A stretch of DNA of 64,000 bases from contig OZ316897.1 in the NCBI GenBank assembly GCA_973895155.1, positions 5,965,327 to 6,029,326 on the forward strand, read 5' to 3'. The notes beneath the pieces are model-generated. The model was not told the origin of the DNA. It did not search any database and saw only the letters and a list, made by a program, of their open reading frames with translations. The position numbers and the translations under genes are program-made. Each line of letters opens with the position of its first letter. Position 1 is the first letter of the stretch. This stretch comes from Marsupella aquatica (Eukaryota > Plantae > Marchantiophyta). Positions 12,230-24,685 of the stretch are shown one piece after another.

Positions 12230-15028
12230 TGTCACGCGATTGACATGGGTCTTAACACCAAAAACGTCACTATGGGTGCCAAAACCATCTCCTTGTACCT
12301 AAGGATCACGAAGGGATGTTGTGAAGGCCAGGAAACACCAATTTATGCCCTTAACACCAGACTATCATAGCAAGACTCTATCACACATCACCCAAGCTCA
12401 ATCCCAAGGAACCAAGGTTGGGGATCAGATCTGTGCTCATGATAGTTCTGGTGAGAAGGGGTCTTCATATCGGGCCCGTACACACAGGGCCTAGCGCTAC
12501 GGTGCGCATAGGTCTATACGTATGCTTACTGTCATAGGTATGTTTCTATTCCGTCGCCGGAATGTACCCATAAACCAGTGACTCCTGACTGATTCCCGGC
12601 TTAGGGACTTCTAAGCCATTGCCCCACCACTCTGCCATTCCACTCTCAGCAATCAGAGCTATGACAGTCCTCACCCAGCCCGCTTCAATGCACCCTGTAC
12701 ACCTCTCAGTGGCGCTGCTAGTCCCATCATACACTCAAATTGCCTCTCACACACACACACATCCATGAGAGAAATGAGGCCTGAGAGGAAAACTCAATTA
12801 GATTCAAAGATGTGCACAATAGTTCACTGAGAACACTTGATCCGAACACTAGGGCCGAAGGCTGTCTCCTCCAGATTGTGACGTGCTTGCCCCGCAAGCC
12901 CCATGCTTGCCATGCAAGCTCAATCCTAAACCTGAGCCCGACTCACTCCAGATTGCGGCGGCAGATTGGACTCAAACCAATCCCGTACTTGCCTTGCAAA
13001 CTCAATCCTGAACTCAACCTCCTTCACTGCACTCCATTCTTGGGGGCACATACGGTGGAAAGCAAGATTGAGGGGTACCAAAAAGTGCAAAAAGGACTAT
13101 GGATTAGCTCTCATAGTCCTCATTAAAAAAGGAGATTAGCAAGGAGTAAATTAAAGATTGACACACTTCCTCAAAGGTTCGACACACTTCCTCAAAGTTG
13201 GACATATTTCCTCAAAGTTTGGTACACTTCCTCAAAGATGGGGCACACTTCCAAAGATCTAGGTTAAATGATAGCCTTTGATGTGCCAAAATAAGATCAC
13301 AACCCTTGAGTGTAACACCCCCCTATTTATTGCATTCAAAGGAGTCTCAGGTCCTTTTTGGTGGAGCATTGGAGATCCTTTTTTGGTACCCCTCAATCTT
13401 GCTTTCCACCATACAGATCTCACACCTCCAATTCAGAACGTCAAGTTACGCATGCATAGTTGACTCGACTTCAAAGCTGGTACCAGGTCTAACGGCGATC
13501 TACCCCAGACTACAATGAGGCCCGGCCTCACGCTTGCCCTGCAAGCTCAGCTCTGGCCATAGATCCCTTAGTGCTCTCCACCAGACAAAGGCCGGGACTC
13601 CCCATGGATCACGTAGCCTTGCCAGATTGAACTGTAAATGCTCCTCCTGCTACCCCTTAATCAGTATCTCAGCCTCCCTAATGTGCCCACCGCAAATCAC
13701 ATTGAAATCCTCCCCACAGTTTACAATCACCAATACATCACCTATCACCAAGGCTCTGTATCGGGGGAAAAGAACCCGGTTGTGCTGTCCACTAGAAAGA
13801 GCCACAATCCAGCTCGCAAACCTAGCAACCCGTTGCTGTGAAGCTTGGCTGATTACTCCCTGAGTAATAGCACAACCAAGCTCTCCCCAACACGCAGCAT
13901 CCAAGTCCAGCCTTGCTTGCACAGAGCTCCTCCCTGCTGCTCAGTCTAAGTGAGATCACACAACTGAAGTCCCCCCCCTTGCCTCTACCGGGGGGCTGCT
14001 CTATATACTCTCATACTGAGCCCAAATGGGTGGATACTACGCTGTTGGAGCCCCATCCCAGCCCTAACAGAGCCGCCACTATCTCTAACTACTGAACCCT
14101 AACTCGCAACTTTATTTCTATCTCGAATTGGCTATGTACTTCGGATTTGGCCCTCCTCCATGGTTTTCGCGAGCTTGCGCCTCCTCTCCCGATTTCTCTA
14201 TTGAACCATTTGCTGCGTGGATAGCAGCGTTGGAAGCGGCTTGAGCTCCTCTTTCCAACGAGGTCAATTATAGCCGATTTGGTCAAATACACAGAGAGTT
14301 ATGCCCCCGCAACCGAGAGAGGGTACTCATTGCTGCGCTAACCCGAGTTACATAGCTAACCCGAGTTTGGCTAACCTAGCTATCCTATCTAACCTGAGTA
14401 GAGATAACCCGTGGTCTCGGGTTAGGCCGCTACCCGCTACCCGCTACCCGCTATCCGCTATCCGCTAACCTAGGATAAGCTGAGCCCGAACCCGAACTTA
14501 CCTATGCTAACCCAAGCCCGAGTTTAGGCTAACCCGAGTTCAGTCTAACCCGGGATCAATCTAATCCGAACCCGGGTTAAGCCTAAGTTGTGCTTACTTG
14601 AGCTAAGCTGAAGCCGTGCTTACCAGAGATAAGTTGAAGCCGTGCTTACCTAAGCTAAGCCGTGGCCGAGCTTGGGTTAACCCGAAACTGAAGCCGAACC
14701 CGCTAATTCCGGCCACAAGTTAACCCGTCACACTAATCAGGCCGTATCTTCCTTAATACACCTCCGTTTCCCGAGTGTTTTATATCGATTTTACTCGCCT
14801 TGACCAGATCTTTCCAATGCTCTTTACAGATCCGGATTTGGTGACATATTGAAAGAGATATGGTCGCCAACCACCCGCGACATAGCTTTTATTTCCCTAC
14901 TCTTAACGCCATGATTGCCCTTATTCTTGCCATCTTGCTAATTGTTATGCGGTATCAATAGCTACTCCTTGCATACAACAACCTAGTTACTCCGATTATA
15001 GAATAAGGACCATGTCATCGGCGTCACA
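12230..15028 (-). mobile_element. Family C solo LTR (2799 bp), related to B but without a long ORF
   Basis: TGTCACG...CGTCACA; TSD cattg/cgttg (12225-12229 / 15029-15033); shares ccgccggaa, cccggctta..ttctaagcc and gcctctacc blocks with B. Confidence 0.8.
13053..13411. mobile_element. Tc1/mariner-type MITE
   Basis: ~32-bp TIR cggtggaaagcaagattgaggggtaccaaaaa; TA TSD; internal ~21-bp repeat gacacacttcctcaaag x5 at 13160-13260. Confidence 0.85.
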
Positions 15029-16779
15029 CGTTGCGATTGTCATTGCCGTCGACGTCCTCTTCTCCTTCTCCAGCAATTTCAGTAGATTCTGCATGCCTGG
15101 TTGCTGCATTGGCAAGTCTTCTGTCCTTGGCCTAAACACATGCTCGATCATAGGACTGTTGGGCTGGTTGGGTTTCTCTGCTGCCGGCCTCTATTCCGAA
15201 ACCTCCTCTGGGTGCCCTTGCCTGTAGGGGAAGTACCGGGGCAAAGATCTGACTCCGGGCATACTGGCACAATAGCGGCATGTGATAGCCAAGCCGGGAC
15301 ACGCTTCCCTTGCCGATCACCTGTTGTTCCTCCTTCAAGATCTTCTTCAGTTGGGTGAGGAGGTACTCGTTGTAATCCCGGCTTGGGTCTGGCCTCTCCG
15401 CTAGGTAGACCTGTGCCTTGCCAATCTCTGGCCTTGGCAAGTTACAATGCATGGTTACCCGCAAGAAATCGATCATCTCTCCGATGTGCGGGTTGGTGCA
15501 AGTGTTCCAAAAGAAGCCATTCTTTGTTGATGGCCCTAGGAACAACCGGAACTCCTTGTCAAGCAAGGTCTTCCTGGTCTCAACTTTGATCTTATTGCCT
15601 ATTGGCAAGCCAAATGCTTTGGCAATCACCCGGGGAATGAGATAGAATCCTTCCCATACACCCTTGTGGAATTGGTCTTGGGCTCCTATGATCCCACAAA
15701 TTCTAATAAGTCTGAATCCGACACCTCCGGCTTCAGCCATGGTAATTTTACGAAGGCTTCCAAGCCGGATCCGGCCACAAAGCCCTGGTACTTCCGAGTC
15801 TGCATAGCCGTAAAGCATGCATCCTCTTCACGTGCAAAGTGTAATTGCACTTCCTCGGGGAGGGTCGTCGCCTAGCCTTTCCAGGTGTCATCCTTGGTTG
15901 GAACGACATTGATGGGGTCGACCTCCTCTTCTTCGGCTTCTTCCTGCCTCCTGCTTCCCTGCTCGGCTGGCTTCCTTGGTGCTGCCGACCTCGTTCTCTT
16001 CGCAGGGGTGGCCTCTTTGTTGTTGGCCCCTTTCCTCTTCATAGCGGCTGCCGTGGATGTTTCTCCAAGCACGGTTGCCTTCGTCCACCCCTCCGTGCTA
16101 CCCTTCAACTCCCAGTGTATGTTGTTGCAGCGGTTGATGGCAACCTGGATGCTAACGATTCTGTTCTCGCAAAATAGAAGGTCATGTAGCTCGTAGCCAG
16201 TAGGTGTCCACAGGAATTCAGCTTTGATGAGTTCTCCTCCTAAGAAGACAGACTTTTGCAGCTCCCGCAGTCGAGCAAGCTCTTGCCGTTCTTGAGCTGC
16301 TCTTTCCAATTCTTCGTCCTTGTAGGTCCCAATGTACTCAGTTGCCCGTTTGAACAGGCATCCCCAAAAATGAGCAGCTTGATTGACGTTGCTCATACCC
16401 TTCTTGAGTTGATAGTTGGTATCTGCTCCCGCCCAGAGTGTTTGCCTAAGTAGCTGACAGTAGTTGGCTTCACGTAGTCGTCTGCTTAGTTCATGCTTGC
16501 AAAATGAGCCACCATTCCTTGCGATCGGTCCTTATCCCCCTCCTGCCTGGTCTTCCTTCCCGTTGGTTACCCATAGCCGCCGGCACTTAGCGTGCCCTAA
16601 CCCTAATTGTGTTCCTTCCCTCGGCGTCCTTACTTCCGGCCTCAGCTTGGGTTCCATAGTCACCCTTAATTGTTTATATTTTCCTTGTTTTTGTTACTAT
16701 ACTAATGTGTTTCCCGGGTACACTCCTGATTTTACCATTTAAACTGGCCTAGTGATTCCTGGCTAGGCATCACACTCTT

Positions 16780-17813
16780 CTTCAAGCGTACAACATTGCA
16801 GAGAAGCTTGAGCTTGCCCATGCTCATTACCAGGTCAGTCACTCACGCCCTGGACCACAAACCGGGCCTTTGGTTCCTGCCCCAGCATCTGGTAAGTCAA
16901 TAGTGCAACCCCAACGAGTCAAGCATGCCCATTCTGCACCTAAGCTTGTCCCTTCTTACAATTATGGTGGCAATCCAGATCATAAGGCTAATGAATGTGA
17001 TGTCCTTGCGGATGAGCTCTACTGTGAGTTTTGTGAGAAGTCCAAACATCTGGAACCTGTATGCTTCTCCAAGTTTCCAGAATGGAAGAACTTGAGGCAT
17101 GCACCAGCCCACTCCCACCATTGCCCCCTCTTCCGCTACACAGTCCAAGAAGAGTGTTGCCTCTGCTCCTTCATCTAGAGATGTAGATTACCTTGCTAGA
17201 GGCCACATGGAACTCTACGTCAGGTCTCTTATCAGCTATTGTGATGCCTTTTATGGAGGTCCAACATCAGGACTTGATTGGATCATCCCCTTTGTCACAT
17301 GCTTCAAATATGGTATGCATTTGTTAGTTCCTAGTTCTAGTTTTAGTGCTACTATGACTATTGATTCCATGACTAGGTCTGCATCTGAGTGCTCAGGGAA
17401 TTCATAGTCCATCTTGGACATGCTCATTAGTGACAAGGTTGTGGATACTCATGCCTTACGTACAGTTAGGAACAGTAAGCATAGTGATTAGCAGTTATGA
17501 TTAGGCTAGGAATAGGATAGTCAACATTTTGATTAGCCATGTGTTGCAAATTTCCAGTTTGTGATGGGTAATCAGTTGAGTAAGAAGTAACGGGATCAGG
17601 TACTGAATTTGCTGTTTGAGCTATGAGGATGTGCTTTCTTTCTCAATGAGAGACTCGGGCCCCAACTTGGGCAAGTGCAAGGTGATGCAATTCTCCATTG
17701 ACCTAACCGATGAGAGACCTATTTATCGGCAGAGACACCGGTTGAGCAAGCATGAGTGGCAGCTGGTGGATGAGAAATGCAAACAGCTTTATGAAGTAGG
17801 TCTGATCCAGCCC
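16780..17813 (+). pseudogene. Ty3/gypsy gag (two zinc knuckles) to RT N-terminus, segment 2
   Basis: YNYGGNPDHKANEC and CEFCEKSKHLEPVC knuckles; SIDLTDERPIYRQRHRLS..VGLIQP RT start; resumes at 28064. Confidence 0.8.
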
Positions 17814-19020
17814 TGTGGTGCATCCCATGGCTCCTTGAACCCAAGAAACCCCCCTGCACAAGCCGATTCCTGTAGGTTTCGCTCTTGGCGAGGCCGGTTT
17901 CGCGGCTTAGCGGCATGGGACGTTGCTAACTTCCTTCGACTAACATTTTACACACATATACTGGACAGATCCTTCATCGGGTCATGAGATTCGTAGTCGG
18001 CCTCTTCTATGCCTTCCCTCATCCTCCTCTCCTGGTCTTCCTTTAGGTATGTTTGGATTCCGCCATCGGAATGATCCCCAACTGGCTTGGGTAAGCCGCT
18101 AAGACCTCTCTCAGCTCGACACATCCAACTCTTACTACCTTGCTTACTCCCTTCTTGGTTGATGTGGGCAATCTTCAAACAAGTTAATGCGACACACAAA
18201 GAGCAAAATGACTCCTTCTGACTGAGTTATACCATGCACTTGCCATACAAACAGTACTTCTCATACACAAGATTTGCGAACTAAGCCGTGAGGCCAACTC
18301 TATTCATCTCGTAGGTATGAGGAAAAATGAATATACACAAGGGTCACAGCATAACTAACCAAGAGCTTCTTCAACTACTTGATCCCAGCCTTGCTGGTGC
18401 ACTAAAAACTTGCTAAGGAAGAAGGCCCTGAACCCCCCCGCTGCCCAGGTACTTATCCTGGTAGTGGATCCGCCCAATTCCTTGCAGCGTAAGCCTAATC
18501 TAACCTGACCGTAATCTACCTATGTACAGCGAGGCAAGAGCACAAGTGTTGCTCTTACTAGTGGATCCGCAATCCCATTAAGCTAAGTATCAGGGCGCCT
18601 CCCGGTCCTGATCCTAATTCTAAACTTGGAGATCTGAGCCCGCCCTGCCCACTCACGCCTCCTCCCTCCACGTCCGCCCTCCTTAAAAGGAGCGGCCCTC
18701 CACCACCGTCATGGTAGTGGTGGCTGATCCTCAATGGCCGCCCCCAACACTTCCTCTGCAGCCACTACCATAGGTCCGTCCTCTGACAGATTACCTGCTC
18801 TGGACCGAGTCAACTCTCCATCGGCCTGACTGGGTCCACCCTCGGCTTTGGCCTCAGCATTGGCCATGGCCTCCGATATGGCTACGGCTTCCCCGACCTG
18901 TTCTAGTGGTGGATTTGGTACACCGGCCTCATCACTGAGCATTCTAGCTTTGCCCTTGCCATCCCCGCCTTGTAGGACAGTTGGATCCTCTACCGTGACC
19001 CTGCCTGAGGTTGGTGCCGG

Positions 19021-21404
19021 TGTCGTCGGGAAAAATGTTTGACAATTGAAGTGGAGTATGCTGGATCTAGTCGACTTGCTTTTGTCCAGCTCGGAATGAT
19101 TTAGTTCTCCATTTGTGAAAGAAAGAAACAAAGAGTAAACTGAACTTGAGATGAAGGTGAGTGAGACAAAAGAGGAATAAAGGGTGAAAGTTGAAGCTTA
19201 GGCATAAGGAATTTGAGGCATTTAATGTGGAAGTGACATGTGGTGGCGTGGGGAGTATTCGAATTCATAAGGACATGTTGGAGATGGCAGTTGGAGGCGC
19301 GGAGGACTTTAGAGGGATTCTCGAGAAAGAGTTGACAGGAAGGAGGAAATGAAGAGAGGAAGGAAAAGGGGAAAAGGAGGCAATCGATAAGTGATCAAGT
19401 GAGGAAGCGATAAGGAGGACGGGAGGAACAGGGCAAAAAGTTTTCGAAGGATGCTCTGTGCGCTCAGAAGTTTAGAGGAAAAAGGGGGAGATTCAGCCGA
19501 AAGAAAAGGTTGTTGTTGTGGAATTTTCGTTCTTCGGGTGAATTAGACGAAGGCGCTATGGAGTTCGTGAGTGGATGGTGAATGTTGAGATTTTGGATCT
19601 TCGGGTGAAGGCTGAGGGGCACGATAGTTTTTTTGGGTGAGTTGAGAGTGAAACAGCGGAACGTTGGCACAGTGTCGTGGTGATTATTGAAGGATTTTGT
19701 GAGCAAATGAGAAGGAAGTGTTGCCGAACGTTGAAGGAGTAAGCTTCGTTACAATGAGAAAGGTCTTAGAGGCTGGGATCGGGCGTTGGTGACAGGAGCA
19801 TATAAGCTCATAAAGATCAAAGTACAGACTATGAAAAAAGGCAGATAAAGTGCGCGACGGTAGAATGGACTTGGATTGAGCATCGTTGATGAGATCAGCC
19901 GTGGAATCTAGAGAGCAAAGCAATTCAATCTTGAGTAGAAGAAAACGTTTAAAGATGAGATAGATTTGATTACAAGAGATTGAACTTTATAGGAAGTGCT
20001 TGAGACTGATTCTGAATGGAGGCAATTAAAGCCTTCTGAGTGAGAATGAACAACACTGAACGAGGAGCTTCCAAGGAATGAAATCGTCAGTAGCGTTCGA
20101 AGGGCGAGAGAAGATAAAAACTTACAGCTGAAATGGTAAAAGGGTGATCGAGGTCATTCTTAACTCGACTGTGTTCAGATAAGCGAAGGGCGGCGTTGAA
20201 GAGAGGATTCTCGGACGAAACAGGAGGTAGTGGAGGCTGAATTCAAGATGGAGGCCAGGCAATCGTGGATCTCAAATGGAGTCCGGGAGTTCTAATGAAG
20301 AAATAGAGATATAGGAAGAGTTGCGCGCGTCATCGTGGAGGTTGAGAAAATTTTCTTAAAGTTCATAGGAGAAAGAGGCTACGGCTGTGGATCGACGTCA
20401 GTGAAGGCTTGGAAGTTAGAATTGATCGGGAGCTGAGAAAACGAAAAAGGAAATCGAGTGCTGAGATGTAGAAGGTTGTGGAACTTGAAATTCGTGTTTT
20501 ACAGAGGACCTCAAAAAAGCGATGGACGTTGTTGAACGGAGATTAAAACAAGGGAATGCTGTGCGCAAGACAGGGGAAAAGCAATTTTGAAGCTTAGTGT
20601 AAAAGTAGGGAACCAGGCCTAAAGTAAATAAATTATAAACTAGAGGAAGGAAGTAGAGATGGCAGGGAGAAAATTTTTCCTCCTTTGGGATTGGGAAGCT
20701 AGACAAGGACATGGGGCAGGAAAGAAAGAATTATAGAGTGCTTAAAAAGGGGGAAAAGGAAGCCGAAAAGGAAGAAGCAAAACGACGCTTGAAGTTATGT
20801 AGTGAGTGCCTTGGGTTAACAATTGATGATTAGCTAAGCAACCGTGAATAAGACCAGCTGAACCTGACCTTGAGACCTGACCTGAGCTGAGTCGAGGCCC
20901 TGTATGAGGAAGAGCCGACAATGATGACTTTGTAGACTACAAAGATGTTGTAATTTTGAAACCTTAAAAGGGTTTAAAATGAATAAAAAGGAGAAGAAAT
21001 AAAAAAGAGTGTTTCTGAAAAGTCTTGGATGTTGCAAAAGTGTTGTGAATAGATTGAGTGAATTCTAGCTATCCTGAAAACAAGGAATAAGAATAAGCGT
21101 TGAAAATTAATTTGACTTGATTGATTTTAAGGAGTGAACTAAAACAAATTTTGTTAAAACATCTATTATCTACAAAAAGCACCCTAGCTTAAACCAATAA
21201 GGAATAGAATGAATGAATAGAGCAAATTATTTGTTTTAAAGAAGCTAAAATACGAAAGGAAAAATTATGCCAAATAGAACCTCTTAAACTCGAATTGAAC
21301 ACATTAAGAAACTGATACACATGTGATTAAAAGAAAGTAAGAAAGTCCCTAAAAAAAATGTAAGAAACTAGTATTTCATACCGCCATTAACGGTTCCCCG
21401 GACA
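19021..21404 (+). mobile_element. CCGG-site TGT..ACA element, copy 2 (complete, 2384 bp)
   Basis: tgtcgtcggg...ccccggaca flanked by 4-bp TSD CCGG (19017-19020 / 21405-21408); empty site visible in A copy 1 at ~6391. Confidence 0.85.
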
Positions 21405-21468
21405 CCGGGTATACCTCCTTGGTCATGACGGCTTGAGAAGCCGTGTTACTCCCCGACCCAAAAGGTTT

Positions 21469-24400
21469 TCACTTTTTCTTCTTCCTTGTTTCGGCAGCTG
21501 GTCCCTTCCCCTTGCCACTTACCTCTGGCACCGGTGCGAGTGTCTCGGCTGGTCCTTTGGCCAGTACTACTCCTGGAAACTTGGTTGCCCCTATTGGAGT
21601 TGGACTTGAGGAAGCCAAGCACTTAAATATTGCGGCTTGTTTCTTCAGCCGCTCCGTTTGGTTGTCGGCTCGCCGCTGTAAGTTCTCCATCTTCCGCGTG
21701 CTTTCCTCCAACTCCTCCTGCAATTCGTCCAGGTCCTTGCGCGCCTCCTCCAGCTCCTTCTGGGCTTCCTCCAACTCTCTCTGGGTTTCCTCTAGCTCCT
21801 TTTTTAAGGTAGCCCTCTTGTCCTGGGTTGCTCTTAGCTCCTTGTCGAGCTCCATTACGACCTCAGACTCCATTTTATTCATCTTGGCATAAGTCTGGTC
21901 GAGCTGGTCGTCTTTCTCATAGAGGTCGGCCTTGAAGCTGGCCGTCAGGGATGCAAGCTCCTGTTGTAGCACAATAATTGCCTGATAGGATTTTCCTAAC
22001 TCGGCCTCCTTCTGCTCAAGGGCTCCGCGGATATCCTCGAGCTCCCCCTTCAACGCCCTCTCCCTTCTTTGGGTCTCCGCCATGGCCCGGTTGTTGGCTG
22101 TTATGTGGGCCTCCTTTGCGTCTCTCAGCTCTTGCTTCCACTTCTCCTTCTCCTTGATCGCATCGGCCAACTCTCCTTGGGTCCGAGTCAGTTTATCCTT
22201 GATAATCTGATTATCAAACTGCGCGGTATCCAATTGCCTCTGCATGATGTTTAGCTCATGCCGCTTAATCCACAGCTCATCTTGGGCTTTCTTGGCCGCC
22301 TTCAGGTCTTCTACCTCGGCTTCCCTTGCCCTAAGCCGACGGATGACCTTGTCCTTCTTGCTTCTCTCCAAAGCCACCGCTTCTTCTAATCGGCGCTTCT
22401 CCAACATCTCTCTCTGGAAAAAGGGTCCCTGCTCCAACTCCTCCCCAAAGATGCTGAGCGCAAGTTCCCCACACATCTCCCCGTACTCCATGGCTCTTTC
22501 TTTAGCATAGGCGGAGTGAGTAGAAGTCATCGGCATCAACCAACGCGGCCTTTGTTCCCAAGCCGCCTTGGGGATTTCTTCTATCGTGGCTGGAGGGCTG
22601 CTTCATTTTTTTGCAAGCCGCCTGATGTGCTTTGGCCATTCTCCCCCTGGTAAATCTTTCTCCCTAGCCAGGGCTGCCTTCTCTTCCTCCCTAAGTCGCT
22701 CCTGAAACTCTTGTGCCATCTGTTTTATGCCATCAAAGCTTGGGGGAGCGACATCTGGTGGGGGAGACTCGGGGCTGCTCTGCTGGGTGGGGTCCTCTCG
22801 AACTACTCTTGGAAGAGTGGGGATGAACCTGCCACAGGTCCTTACTCCTGGAACATGATGGTCCAACTCGTAGCCGGAGTCATTATTGTCGTAGCCTTCT
22901 ACCGCCTCCTCGCGCTTGGACTACCGGCTCTCTCCGCTGCTCTCCTAGTTTTGCCGTGAACACGGCCTCACAGATCACAGGTCGTGGTTCCTCCTCCGGC
23001 TTCCAGGTTGATCTCTTCTTCTCCCTATCGCGACCAGGAGCTTTGGGCTGCTTTTCCTCGGCTTCGGGACTTGAGGCTCCTACATACATTCGGACTCCCG
23101 GCTCGTGTTCCGACCTCCCTCTCTACTTGGCCCCAGTAAAGGGGTTTTCCCTGGTAAGTCGACTTCAGCCGACTTCGGGAGCAGTATTCTGTGCCGGTCC
23201 CGTTACCGTTGCCGTTCTCCTTTCCTTCTCCAGCAATTTCAGCAGATTCTGCATGCCTGGTTGCTGCATCGGCAAGTCTTCCTTCCTCGGCCTAAACACC
23301 TGCTCGATTGTAGGACTGTCGGGCTGGGTTGGTTTCTCTATTGCCGACCTCTATTCCGGAACCTCCTCTGGTGCTCTTGCCTGTAGGGGAAGTACCGGGG
23401 CAAATATCTGACTTCGGGCATACCGGCACAAGAGTGGCATATGATAGCCAAGCCGGGACACGCTTCCCTTGCCGATCACCTGCTGTTCCTCCTTCAAGAT
23501 TTTCTTCAATTGGGTGAGGAGGTATCCGTTGTAGTCCCAGATGGGGTCTGGCCTCTCCGCCAGGTAAACCCGTGCCTTGCCAATCTCTGGCCTTAGCAAG
23601 TTGCAATGCATGGTTACCCGCAAGAAATCGATCATCTCCCCAATGTGTGGGTTGGTGCAGGTGTTTCGGAAGAAGTCATTCTTCGTTGATGGCCCTGGGA
23701 ACGACCGGAACTCCTTGTTAGGCAAGGTCTTCCTGGTATCAACTTTGGTCTTATTGCCCATTGGCAAGCCAAACGCTTTGGCAATTACTCGGGGAGTGAG
23801 ATAGAAATCCTTCCCATACATCCTTGTGGAATTGGACTCGGGCTCCCAGGATCCCACAAATTCTAATAAGTCTGAATCCACCACCTCCGGCTTCAGCCAT
23901 GGTAACTTCACAAAGGCTTCCAAGCCGGATCCGGCCATGAAGCCTTGGTACTTATGAGTCTGCATAGCCGTAAAGCATGCATCCTCTTCACGTGCAAAGT
24001 GTAATTGCACTTCCTCGGGGAGGGTCGCCGCCCAGCCTTTCCAGGTGTCATCTCTTGTCGGAACGGCATTGATGGGGTCGACCTCCTCTTCTTCGGCTTC
24101 TTCCTGCCTCTTGCTCCCTTGCTCGGCTGGCTTCCTTGGTTCCGCCAACCTTGTTCACTTTGCAGGGGTGGTCTCTTCATTGATATTCCCTTTCCTCTTC
24201 ATAGCGGCTGCCGTGGATGTTTCTCCTAGCACGGTTGCCTTTGTCCACCCCTCCGTGCTACCCTTCAACTCCTAGTGTATGTCGTTGCAACGGTTGATGG
24301 CTTCCCGGATGCCGACTATTCTGTCGTCACAGAACAGAAGATTGTCGAGTTTGTTGGCAGTAGGTGTCCACAGGAATTTAGCCGTGATGAGTTCTCCTCC

Positions 24401-24685
24401 TAAGAAGGCAGACTTCTGCAGCTCCCACAGTCGAGCGAGCTCCTGCCGTTCTCGAGCGGGTCTCTCCGATTCTTCGTCCTTGTAGGTCCCAATGTACTCA
24501 GTTGCCCATTCTAACAGGCATCCCCAAAAATGAGCAGCTTGATTGACGTTGCTCATACCCTTCTTGAGTTGATTGTCGGTATCTGCTTCCACCCCGGGTG
24601 CTTGCCTGAGCAGCGGACAGTAGTTGGCCTCCCTTAGTCGTCTGCTTAGTTTGTGCTTGCAAATGAGCCGCCATTCCTTGCGATC
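21469..24685 (-). pseudogene. Family A long ORF, copy 2 (largest uninterrupted stretch)
   Basis: ORF pieces 24272-24685, 23351-24148, 22883-23089, 22603-22866 and 21469-22539 are homologous to the copy 1 pieces. Confidence 0.75.

Larger units (their letters stand above)
5931..16574 (-). pseudogene. Family A long ORF (~1200+ aa if rejoined): transposon-accessory domain plus long coiled coil; split by inserts B and C
   Basis: ORF pieces 15872-16396, 15132-15818, 11415-12179, 6750-7427 and 5931-6701 are contiguous once inserts are removed; ATG at 16574; TATAAA at 16673-16678. Confidence 0.7.
5186..16774 (-). mobile_element. Family A element, copy 1 (~4.76 kb net; solo-LTR-like, coding), with two nested inserts
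   Basis: TGTGGTGC...GCATCACA termini; perfect 5-bp TSD ctctt (5181-5185 / 16775-16779); colinear with 17814-28058. Confidence 0.9.
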
